A model generated the notes under the pieces. That model was not told where the DNA came from. It saw only the letters and a list, made by a program, of their open reading frames with translations, and ran no database searches. A DNA stretch of 62,991 nt, the filler included, from Lenisia limosa (taxonomy: Eukaryota; Protista; Breviatea): the NCBI GenBank assembly GCA_001655205.1. It is 9 parts of 9 records of this genome, joined end to end, with 100 filler letters (N's around TTAATTAATTAA, not from the genome) between each part and the next. Parts side by side here need not be neighbours in the genome. Positions count along the whole stretch, not along the records: positions 7,522 to 18,501 come from LPNZ01007161.1; positions 18,602 to 22,055 come from LPNZ01007140.1; positions 22,156 to 27,000 come from LPNZ01002649.1; 6 more parts are not named here. The stretch is one strand, 5' to 3'. The stretch's first letter is position 1, and every line of letters begins with the position of its first letter. Positions 11,676 to 22,559 of the stretch are shown here, in pieces. The position numbers were made by a program, and so were the translations under genes.

Positions 11676-14600
11676 ATGGAGTTTTTGATGACGAGCATTC
11701 CAGAATCATTACTTCTTATTTGGGAATACACCCCATCCGTCCTCGCAACAACTCTATTTGTACTATTTTTCTTCCTTGTCATCAACAGCTTCGGGCTTTG
11801 CCCACAGTCCTTCCCGTGCTTCTGTCATTCCTTGCTATTCCTTCTTAACCAAGCGAGAAAGCACCGCCGCACTGCCCATTTCCCCGATCGCATTATTCTT
11901 ATTCGCCATGGAGAGAGCCTAGGCAACGTTGACGGCAATGTCTACTCCTCAGTATGTGGCGTGTGATCAACCCTTTCTCCTCTTGGGGCGTGCTTTGTGT
12001 TCATAAGGCCTGTGATGATGGTTTGTCACCACAGCAATATAATGGTTGTTTCTTCATCAAAAATGGAGAATAATGGTTGTATGGTAGAAGTTATATCAGA
12101 CTCAATATTGGCAACCATGTAATTCAATTCAATTATCAATTGGCGGCTTTGTATATCATGTTAATTTACTTGCGGAATGAATTGCTTTCCTATTATAATA
12201 TGAATACATGTCCCACAAAGAATACGGTCATTTATGAAGAAATGGCAGAATTCGCCAATTCAACTCATCCGAGCCTCTTTTCTGTTTTTACCGATGGATC
12301 AAATTCCTCATGCCCGCTCGTATTTTCTCATGGATCTCAAAATATCATATCTATTGACTTGCTATAAATGTGTACACAGAACCCACCCGTTTTGTTTCAT
12401 AAATATTCACATTTCGCCAATAGAGTTGATTTTGGGTTTTTTTATTATTATTGTGTTGTCCATTTACCCCTCCCCCCCGCAGGTGCCGGACAATCAGATT
12501 CCTTTGACCCAAAAAGGCGAGCAGCAAGCTCAGGATGCGGGCGTGCGACTAAAGGAAATCCTCGGCGACGACAACATCACCTTCTACGTCTCGCCGTTCC
12601 TGCGGTCGCGGCAGACATATCATATCATTGCCGAGGTCGGGGGCAGGGTGATTTGAGGTGCAAGTATGGGTGGATGTTTCCTATTTATGTTTTTAAAAAA
12701 AGGCATTTATGGGNNNNNNNNNNNNNNNNNNNNNNNNNNNNNNNNNNNNNNNNNNNNNNNNNNNNNNNNNNNNNNNNNNNNNNNNNNNNNNNNNNNNNNN
12801 NNNNNNNNNNNNNNNTTCCCTGAAGAATTAGGATGACCGAGGGAATGGCTTTTTCGCCAGCTCATCTTTCTGTTTCATCACTATAACACGCATTTCACGC
12901 TGCAGAATTTCCCGGAGTCGCAGTTTATTTCAAGGGAAGAAGTGAGGCTTCGTGAGCAGGAATGGTGGGTTGGGAGCGGGTTAGTTGAGTTTTAACAAAA
13001 ACTGCAGATTATTAACAGCATATTAATACCTGAGGGTGATAACCTCGGGTTTATTGTGAATTGGAAGATCATAGGCGTCAAGGCAAAGACGAGAAAAATG
13101 GCAACGATTTATCTTGGGTATACATTTTGCTTACATAGGATATATTTCTCATTCCTACGTTTATAATATGATAACATGGTTTACTGTATTGTTAAAACAT
13201 GGCGACAGTTTTTGTTCTCTCGTATCAGCTTTTATTCTGAGAGTCATTTTTGATTTATTTCACTCACACCTTAAGGGCGAATTACCAAGACCCGGAGGAA
13301 ATCCGGGTGTTCAAACAGGAGCGAAACGAGATCGGTTCTTTCTTCTACAGATTCCCAAATGTGGGGAGGGAGGGGTATTCCGTTTTGATTTAAAGGAATC
13401 TTGCATGTGTTGGGATCAAGAAGGAACCTTGCATGTGTTGGGATCAAGAAGGAATCTTGATGTGTTGAGATCAAGTAAACACCTAGGGTGTCCAGAGGTG
13501 CGCCCCTTTCTAATTTCATGTCAGGGAGAAAGTGGGGCTGACGTCTACGACCGCGTGTCGAGCTTCATGGAGAGTCTTTTCAGAGAACTTGAGAGAAATG
13601 TTGGAGGGTGTCTTCATGTCATTCATGGGCTTTCCTGCGGTAATCGAGGATTTATCGGGAGATTCTGTTTTTTGGGACCGGAGGGAAGCCCCATAATACA
13701 GTGTATAATCAATATCCCTAATGGACAGGATGTCGAGCTATGGCCTTGGCAATATCATATATTAATTTAGGCTGCCATTTTTTTGTATTTGTTGATGTAT
13801 ACTAATATGTACATGTAGATATGTATGTGATGTAATATTAATATGTACATGTAGATATATATGATGTAGAAATGAGAAACAAACATCTACCTTACAACTC
13901 TGTGTACACAGTTTTTATGTGCCTCTAAGTGGAAATGTGAAATAATGGTAATTGTTCTTTTGGCAAAGTTACATTTGCACTGAAAACTGTGTAAACTAAC
14001 AAATGCATATTTTTGTGCAATTTGGAATAAAATCATTCTCAACGAATATGATATAATGTCACTTTCTAGGCTGACATGGGTAATGTGGTGATCGTGAGTC
14101 ACGGTATCACGATTCGTCTCTTTCTGANNNNNNNNNNNNNNNNNNNNNNNNNNNNNNNNNNNNNNNNNNNNNNNNNNNNNNNNNNNNNNNNNNNNNNNNN
14201 NNNNNNNNNNNNNNNNNNNNNNNNNNNNNNNNNNNNNNNNNNATCATATCGGTAATTTCTGAAATATGTTCATCAATATCTCAGAAAAGTGACGGTGTGG
14301 TAATACTTCATTTCTCATTCCCCATCCAATTTGCATTACACACCCAGGTACTTCCGCTGGTCAGTGGAGTACTTCCAAAGCCTTTGGAACATCGATAACT
14401 GTGGCTTTGTGGTCTTGGAAAAAGACTCGGAGGTGGGGGGTAGCTACTTACCTCGAAAAGAAGAAGGGATTGGGTGCAATAGTAACAACTTATCTGACAA
14501 CGAGAATCTCTATTCCGGTTTTATTTTTCCCAGGGGCGTTATGAGCTGAAGACGCAGCTCACCAGCGATCTTCCAGATGAATGCGAAAAGGTACCTGGGT

Positions 14601-14887
14601 ATACACAATGTTAAAAAACTTCACTCAATTCCAAAGAAGACAAGATCAATGTCGATCAAGAATTCAGCCTCTCTTGGAACCAACAGTTATGTCTAGTGAC
14701 CGGGATAATTCTTGACCGATCCTTGTGAAATCATAGCAAATCGGTCAAGACTTGTCCCAATCACTCCAATTCTGCATACATATTATATTTTGTTACATAC
14801 ATTTCTCAACTTTGTGTTTCTGTAATACAACAGGTTTGGAAGGGCCACCGTCGAAGCGTTCGAGTGCGATGTATGCCTCTCATTTAG
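11676..14887 (+). CDS. Histidine phosphatase (phosphoglycerate-mutase-like), Det1/At3g05170-like, with an N-terminal hydrophobic anchor
   Basis: Exons: DRIILIRHGESLGNVD (RHG motif), VPDNQIPLTQKGEQQAQDAG...FYVSPFLRSRQT, EEVRLREQEW, GNYQDPEEI...GSFFYRFPN, GESGADVYDRVSSFMESLFRE, NVVIVSHGITIRLFL, YFRWSVEYFQSLWNIDNCGFVVLEK. The last exon and stop are tentative. Confidence 0.88.
13626..13693. mobile_element. MITE family 1 (subtype with GGGCTTCCCT-CGGTCCC end), internally deleted, intronic
   Basis: TGGGCTTTCC...TCGAGGATTTATCGGG...TTTTTGGGACCGGAGGGAAGCCCCA matches other copies. Confidence 0.7.
14694..14766. mobile_element. MITE family 2 (TAGTGACCGGGATAAGTCTTGACCGAT inverted termini)
   Basis: TAGTGACCGGGATAATTCTTGACCGAT...ATCGGTCAAGACTTGTCCCAATCACT hairpin. 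Confidence 0.8.
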
Positions 14888-15465
14888 ATCATTAGATCAA
14901 TTGCTTTTGTTGTCTGATCATGTAATTGACGGGTAGTTAGAGGTCTTTCAAGTTTGTATTCTTTTTAGGTGATGGTTTGTTTTGTTAATTTCAAATGTAA
15001 AATAGTAGAGCTCTCAGGTATGAACTGATGAAGACCCCTAGGGTGGCCGTCCGATATATCTACCTAAAAAGCCATAAAAAAAATAATAAAAAACAATAAA
15101 AATAATAATCACCAGGGGTCTAAAGTGAATGTTATTTTTACTATTATTAAAAAAACTGTATTTGATTATGGGGGTGATTTCAGAGAGGAAAAATCCAATC
15201 AAAAAGCCTTTCATTTTCTGAAAATGGTAAAGTCTGAGCAATATCCTTGTTGTTCTTGGTGAGGAAAGAGGCAAAGGAATAACAACTTAATAGGAAACGT
15301 TGATGTGTTTTTCAAAAGTAGATCATATACTATACCCATGGGGTGGGGGGTCGCTCAGATGCCAGGTATACACTTGGTACACATTTGGGGTATGGGGGGG
15401 TTCTTCCCTTGATACCTACTAATAATGCATAATGACTGAAATAATAACCATAACCGGACTCAGAT

Positions 15466-18400
15466 CTAAAGATCTTGGATCGTGAAATAGACGCCCAAGA
15501 TGCCAAGGAGAATGCCGACAATTACCACAAAAATGGCCCTGGATGGTGATCAAAGAGGCAAGAAAATTAGCCCTAAACTCTGTCAAATTCTGTATTGTCA
15601 TTGGGTTATGTCTCAACCAAGGGTGAATTAGTATAATACCTTTACTATCACTATCTCTTATAAACGTAGAGGTGTGGAACCCCTTTTCAGGATTATTTCA
15701 GCTATTCTGCAATAGCAAGAAGACTGTATTCAAGAGAATCTGACCAACAAGATGATAGGTACCCCCGCTCCCACTCCCACACACACAAAATGTCTCAACA
15801 CCCCCCCCCCCCCANNNNNNNNNNNNNNNNNNNNNNNNNNNNNNNNNNNNNNNNNNNNNNNNNNNNNNNNNNNNGAAAGGAAAAAGAAAGACCTAAAAAC
15901 ATCATATAAACCACCAATAAAGAGATTCAATTAAATGAAGTACAACAATGGATTCAATTATGGGATCAAAGGACCAGAATGAAGTTACAACAAGGGAAAA
16001 TGCCCGACTTACAAGCAAGGGAAAATGGTGGAAGTCAGGGGTGATGCCACCGAGCCGACAAAACCGAAAACGATGGACACGTCTGAGGGGGGGGGGGNNN
16101 NNNNNNNNNNNNNNNNNNNNNNNNNNNNNNNNNNNNNNNNNNNNNNNNNNNNNNNNNNNNNNNNNNNNNNNNNNNNNNNNNNNNNNNNNNNNNNNNNNNN
16201 NNNNNNNNNNNNNNNNNNNNNNNNNNNNNNNNNNNNNNNNNNNNNNNNNNNNNNNNNNNNNNNNNNNNNNNNNNNNNNNNNNNNNNNNNNNNNNNNNNNN
16301 NNNNNNNNNNNNTTTAGCTAGCAACACTCGAGGGTTGAAAACAACAGCCGCTTCTACAACATGGGGATGAATTGTCTTTTTTTGGAACTGGAAGGCTCTC
16401 TCTCCACCCTACCAGAAACAACAAAGGCGATGAAAAGAGCGATGAGGAATGAGATAATGGAGAGAACGGCCGCTCTTGGGTAGTATGGCTCTTTTCCTGC
16501 GGGGGTGAGTGTATGACTATACCCTGCGTGGTGAAATACATATCATATCATATGATAGGTAGTCAAAAACTCCAATCCAATAAAAGGAAATCCGCCCCTC
16601 GCCACCTGGGAAAAGCAGGTCTTCCAGCCCGATACGAAGAGCGTAAGAGAGGAGGGGGAAACTGGAAGGTGAAGGGGAATATGAGGGATAATGAGAGTCT
16701 GTCATGTAATATCACAAATTATTTACCATGCAGTAGACTATATCGATATATGATATGAATTCAACTCAAATCAATAGGAACACCCTTTTCCATCTGAAAC
16801 AATACTGTCAATATCGATAGTTTTTGAGGATAGTTTTTGAGGATGTTATCTGGAACAATACTGTCAATATCGATAGTTTTTGAGGATGTTATCTAGCAAT
16901 ATTTAATGAGGATGTATCGATGCCGACTAATACATCTGAAAGTTTGCCCCACACCTGAAAACAATGATGAAGAGGAAGAAGATCTGGGCAATTGTGAACA
17001 TGGCTGGCAGAGCAAGCTCATTCTGAAAAGTGAGCAATGACAGTCGATTCAGTAGTATTGAAGCTGTTGCCACCCCTTGGATATAGAGAAGCCTCCCCCA
17101 ATCATTGTCATAGAGACTATCCTCCCACCTCGTAATCAGCATAGACGTTGAGAATGTTGCCGGTGTCAATGCGCGTTCCCCATCGGAGGTAGCCGCCAAT
17201 GCCCGAAAAGAGATACTGAATGGTGAGAACTATCAGAGGANNNNNNNNNNNNNNNNNNNNNNNNNNNNNNNNNNNNNNNNNNNNNNNNNNNNNNNNNNNN
17301 NNNNNNNNNNNNNNNNNNNNNNNNNNNNNNNNNNNNNNNNNNNNNNNNNNNNNNNNNNNNNNNNNNNNNNNNNNNNNGTAGATCCCGCCCACCATAATGG
17401 AGCAAATGGCGAAGGCGACGGTGAGGACTTTGATCATTCTTTTGGCTTTTTGAGCAACTTCATCATTGCACGGGGGAGGGTTCAGTTCTTCGACCGCCTG
17501 GGCTGCCTGGAGGAGTAATTTTTTTCAAATTTGTCCAAACATTTGGGAAACACAAAAGGGTGGAAAACAACAAAATAAACAAAGCCCAGGCCAGTCGCTT
17601 CAGCAACACATTCCATCGGTGGAGCCTGTTAATCACGAACCAAACCAAACCCATCTAAAACTCAAAACTCAAAAACAAAACAGACAAGACACAAATAAAC
17701 CAATATGCAGCACATCCCCCCTACATTATCCTCCTTTTCAGTTTCCTTCTTTTCCTCTTCAGTCTCTTCTTTCTCGTGTTTCTACAAAGTTGTAAAAAGA
17801 AAACCGAGGTTGAAACAGCATGTAATTTGCCCATAATATCAAATGGTACAGACAATACTCCACTCCCCCACCTCAGTCTCGCCGGCTTCGGAGTCCGAGG
17901 ATTGCTGTGCGGGCGCCTTCATGGCTTTCACCGCGGCTGCATCGTCAGAGATTGTATTGTGGAAATAAGAAGTAAGCCAAGAGGGCATCTGTCAATGTCG
18001 AATTTAGATTAATATCTGCATCTGTCAATGTCGAATTAATATCTGCATCTGTCAATGTCGAAACTAGATTAATATCTGCATTTGGTATAAAAATTTGTCT
18101 TTTTGGAGCATCATCAGATATTACAGATAGTTGATGGGAAAGCAGTGTCCGAGGAACCTTGACTGATTTTCCAGAAGTAAAACCTGATTTATCCAGGTCA
18201 AGACATGTTGATATCTCATAATTGGTTTATGTTACTGTTAAAATGAGAAATGAAACTAATGTCTGGCCTAAGTTGTCCATACTGCTTATCAGAGATATTG
18301 GATTAGGGTATTTTTGAATTAATCTGAAACCTAAGGTATCGTATGTAATGCATTATACGCCAGACACATTACCTACATTTCAACTCGGCAAAAATTGGCA

Positions 18401-18501
18401 GAACGAGGACGTGGCACTGGAAGCCGAACAGTGTAATCGGAATAGATCTAAAGATCTGCCACGACGGGCTGGCCAGTTCCACTGAGTCGGAAGTGCCGCT
18501 T
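15466..18501 (-). CDS. Amino-acid transporter, SLC38/AAAP family; 5' truncated
   Basis: Exons RSIPITLFGFQCHVLVLPIFAELK (SLC38 F-x-CH motif), RMIKVLTVAFAICSIMV, YLFSGIGGYLRWGTRIDTGNILNVY, ALPAMFTIAQIFLFIIVF, RAAVLSIISFLIALFIAFVV, and terminal AIFVVIVGILLGILGVYFTIQDL* (TAG 15466-15468). Confidence 0.85.
17984..18081. repeat. Tandem repeat of 27-33 nt (GCATCTGTCAATGTCGAA core x3) inside the transporter gene
   Basis: gcatctgtcaatgtcgaa occurs three times in series. Confidence 0.9.
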
Positions 18502-18601
18502 NNNNNNNNNNNNNNNNNNNNNNNNNNNNNNNNNNNNNNNNNNNNTTAATTAATTAANNNNNNNNNNNNNNNNNNNNNNNNNNNNNNNNNNNNNNNNNNN
18601 N

Positions 18602-21600
18602 GTTTGGATGACCACCCTCACGGCTAATCTAGGGCTCCGTGGAATTAAATTATGAAGAAATTAATTGACAAAATTTGAAATTGAAGTGTATGAAATTGAG
18701 TTTACATTCCATTGCACTTCACATTTTGCAATCATTTTCCAATTAACTGCGCGGAGCCCCAGTTAAAACAATACTCCACGCGTACCAGTAGGAGTGTCAA
18801 TAAAGCTAGCAACGGGGATGAGGTCATGGAGTATTCCGAGCGCATGCTTGTGCTTTTCCTGGAAAGTGGTTAAGAAGATGTCTGATGATAAAAAATAGTC
18901 ATAAAAAAAAAAAAATAATAAAAAAAAAATCTGAGTAGTACGCCGATATAAAATAATAGAAAAAAAAAACTCTAATATTTTTCTGAGTAGTATTATTTTC
19001 TATAATCTAATCCAACATAGGGTATTGAACGGTCATACCAAAAAGATATTAATAAATAATCAAACCTGAGGTGGTGTTCCTTGTATAGAATTAAAATTCA
19101 AACACATAAAATAATCCAACCTGGGGGATGCCGAGTTCGACAGTGTATCCGCGGCCGTAATTAGTACGGAGAACGAGGGGAGTGCCAAATGCTCGCATTT
19201 TCGAGAGCTTTCGAGTGAATTTCGATCAAGGAATTTGGAAGTGTGTGCATCATCAATAATTTCAGGTAATGTACCCCCCATCCCCCGCAACAACATTATC
19301 ATCATCAACAACATCGTTCATCACCACCATCATTATCAACAACAACAACATCATTTTCATTATCATCGTCAACAAAATCATTATCATCACCAACAACACC
19401 ATTATCATCATCAAAAGCATCATCAAACCCACATTCATCATCAAAAGCATCATCAAACCCACATTCATCATCATGACATCATCAGCAAGGAAGTCGACTT
19501 CTTCGAGGAGATGCGTGGAGTAGAGGATCTGAATAATTAAATCGGGATGAGAGGTCTGAATTAAATGAAGCAATGAGAACCTTATTGTATGATTTTAAGT
19601 TGTATAGAGAAATGAGATGCTCCGAGTAGAAAATCTGAATATAGTGACCGGGATAAGTCATGACCGATTTGGGATATAATATCCAAAAAAAAATCGGTCA
19701 AGACTTATCCTAGTCACCGTACATAGTAGTATCTGACTAGAAGAAATAAAAATATCAAATTATACATGTACATTATACCCGAGTATAAGATCTGAGGAAA
19801 TAAAAAATGTGAGTTGGAATAGAGGGAGTGAGGGAGGGAGAGAGAGAGCGAGAAAAAAAAAAAAAAAAAAAAAGTTGCATATNNNNNNNNNNNNNNNNNN
19901 NNNNNNNNNNNNNNNNNNNNNNNNNNNNNNNNNNNNNNNNNNNNNNNNNNNNNNNNNNNNNNNNNNNNNNNNNNNNNNNNNNNNNNNNNNNNNNNNNNNN
20001 NNNACCAAAGCGCCATTGTTTCTGCGCTTTAAAATAGCCTTGGCAACCTCCCTGCGGACGGCAGGATCGAGACCACTGCAACGTGTAAAGTGTTGGTCAA
20101 ATATCAATTATACTGAACAATATGACCTCTCTCCCCTTCTGCTTAAATGCCCCATCTCAATTTCATGGTACTTCTCCCAATAAAAATCCCTATTGATTCC
20201 GTATAGCAAACGCACCTGGCAGCCTCGTCAAGGATAAGGATCTTAGGGTCTCCGATCAGACAGAGAGCGATAGAAAGCCGTCTCTTCATTCCACCTAGGG
20301 GGGGGGGGGGNNNNNNNNNNCTGACAACACACGTGGAGAATACAATTGGAAATGTATGAAACAAAAAAAAAACTCTCCCAAACAAACACCAATACATCTC
20401 TGATGTAACCCTTTTTTAGAGTAAAATCTCTATTGAAAAAAGGATCACAAAGAAAAAAATCACACTGAAAAAAGGTTCATAACGATCAAGCAGATTAACT
20501 GTATGCCCCCCCCCCCCCNNNNNNNNNNNNNNNNNNNNNNNNNNNNNNNNNNNNNNNNNNNNNNNNNNNNNNNNNNNNNNNNNNNNNNNNNNNNNNNNNN
20601 NNNNNTAGTAATCACGAACCGAATAATCCGAAACTCCAAACAAAAAACAAAAAACAAGCATTGGGAAATTGAAATGAAATTAAATCAACCATATTTGGAG
20701 TTATGAAACAAATAAACCAGAATCGACTCTAACCCCCCACAAGTTCGAGTGCAGTAGCCTTGGGATTCTGTACGTTCCTGAAACGGGCGAAGAGTTCAAC
20801 ATGCTCGAGAGTTGTCATTGTGGGCCAAAGCTGGTCAAATTGCGGGCAGTACCCCTGAAGGGTGAGGGAGTATACGTATTTTAGTAGGGAAAATGAAGTA
20901 CCGTGCATTTGACATAAAAATAAAATATTTGACCATAGTTGGTCAAACTGGGGACAATAGGCATAAAAACACTTCAAACATGTTTATCTTGATGACTATC
21001 TTGACACCCCCCCTTTCCTCACAATAAGAGGCAAAATGTAGTCTGAGGCTGAAACAGGGTCATAACCGGCAACAGCGACTCGTCCATGAGTGGGGCGAAG
21101 GTTACCGGTGATAGTGTTGATTAAAGTGGTCTTTCCTAATATGGTAAGTGTATTGTTGCCTTATATGGTAAGTGATGGTGTTGATTAAAGTGCCCTTTTC
21201 AAATATGGTAAGTTCTTTCAACACAGTCCTTCCTAACATGGTTGGTTGACAAGATATTCGAAAAAACTTTGCCAAAAAACGCAACAAACTTCGGTTCGAA
21301 AAAAGACGGAATTTCTCGATAAATCCTCGAAAACTATCGATATTTTACTGGTCTTTTTCGAACCGAAGTGAAGCCTTAATCATATCGGACCATTATTAAC
21401 ATACATAATATCATATCTGACGCCATTCTATTCATTGAGAAATATTGCATCCCCCATTAATCCCTCCATTTTCTCCACTCCCATTATATTCGAAAAAGAC
21501 TTGCCAGATCGCACCCCTCCCACCAGCGCCATTGGGACCGACAAGACACGTGATTCGCCCTGGCTCGATAGTGGTGGACACTTCGGAGCACTGGGGGGGG
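18602..21600 (-). CDS. ABC transporter subfamily A, nucleotide-binding domain fragment
   Basis: Walker A GPNGAG (~21530), LRPTHGRVAVAGYD, YCPQFDQLWPTMTTLEHVELFARFR, signature/Walker B GGMKRRLSIALCLIGDPKILILDE, SGLDPAVRR, H-loop ILYSTHLLEEVDFLADDV, KMRAFGTPLVLRTNYGRGY. Confidence 0.92.
19295..19480. repeat. Degenerate (CAT/CAC/CAA)n microsatellite in an ABCA intron
   Basis: catcatcaccaccatcattatc... with a 27-nt duplicated unit (catcatcaaaagcatcatcaaacccacatt). Confidence 0.85.
19642..19719. mobile_element. MITE family 2, full copy flanked by TA
   Basis: TA|TAGTGACCGGGATAAGTCATGACCGATTT...AAATCGGTCAAGACTTATCCTAGTCACCG|TA; half copies at ~40634-40661, 60651-60677, ~61874-61900. Confidence 0.8.
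21288..21378. mobile_element. MITE family 1, left end truncated, in an ABCA intron
   Basis: ACTTCGGTTCGAAAAAAGAC...GTCTTTTTCGAACCGAAGTGAAGCCTTA. Confidence 0.85.
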
Positions 21601-22155
21601 GGGNNNNNNNNNNNNNNNNNNNNNNNNNNNNNNNNNNNNNNNNNNNNNNNNNNNNNNNNNNNNNNNNNNNNNNNNNNNNNNNNNNNNNNNNNNNNNNNNN
21701 NNNNNNNNNNNNNNNNNNNNNNNNNNNNNNNNNNNNNNNNNNNNNNNNNNNNNNNNNNNNNNNNNNNNNNNNNNNNNNNNNNNNNNNNNNNNNNNNNNNN
21801 NNNNNNNNNNNNNNNNNNNNNNNNNNNNNNNNNNNNNNNNNNNNNNNNNNNNNNNNNNNNNNNNNNNNNNNNNNNNNNNNNNNNNNNNNNNNNNNNNNNN
21901 NNNNNNNNNNNNNNTCATACTCAAGTTGATCTAAAAAAAAAAACTGAAGGCAAAAAAAGGCAAAATTAATGGTTGAAAGAGGGAAATAAAACCCTAATGT
22001 GGGAATTAATGATTGAAAAATGGACGGGTGCCCCAAATATATATTTTTTCATGTANNNNNNNNNNNNNNNNNNNNNNNNNNNNNNNNNNNNNNNNNNNNT
22101 TAATTAATTAANNNNNNNNNNNNNNNNNNNNNNNNNNNNNNNNNNNNNNNNNNNN

Positions 22156-22250
22156 TAAGAGATATTGGATTATAGTATAATAGTAATCCGCCCAATCATT
22201 TGCCTTACAACTCTGTGCACACAGCAATCTGTGTGCCTTCCCAGCATACC
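22156..22250 (+). repeat. Dispersed repeat family 3 (no TIR, ~150 bp consensus); other copies ~7376-7421(+), ~8617-8697(-), ~13866-13925(+), ~23334-23412(+), ~26045-26132(-), ~40378-40410(+), ~58915-58960(+)
   Basis: Shared blocks GAGAAATAAAAA-AAGGT-GTATCTGGCCGAAGCCGTCCA, CCATCACGCTTA, AGAGATATTGGATTATAG and CCTTACAACTCTGTGCACACAGC occur in overlapping combinations. Confidence 0.75.
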
Positions 22251-22559
22251 TACAAGGATTAGATTCATGAATAAGGACAATACCCCCTGCATAATAACCC
22301 TGACTTAAGAATATCACAATACACCAATCCAACTCAATGGACCAACCTCAAGTGAAGGAAAGTCCTCCGTCATGGCGTTGAAGAACTCCTTAAGCTGTTC
22401 CTCTGACTCCATACTACGACCACATTAGGATGGATAAAAGAAAGGACGGACTGAAAACCTGTCACAGTAACGATATGCACACACAGAGGAACAGATTTCA
22501 AAAAACAAACAAAAAAAGGGTATTTCTTTATTTTTGAACCTTTTGCCCCTCTATTTGAT

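Noticed and set aside
13391-13474. Short direct repeats resembling a CRISPR array (also ~17984, ~33292, ~62094)
   Set aside because: Adjacent tandem units without unique spacers, eukaryotic intronic context, no cas genes.
19235-19573. His/Gln-rich and Met/Ile-rich ORFs
   Set aside because: Translations of a degenerate CAT microsatellite in an ABCA intron; only the ILYSTHLLEEV...MMM part is a real exon. The same applies to the Ile-rich stretch at 8070-8150.
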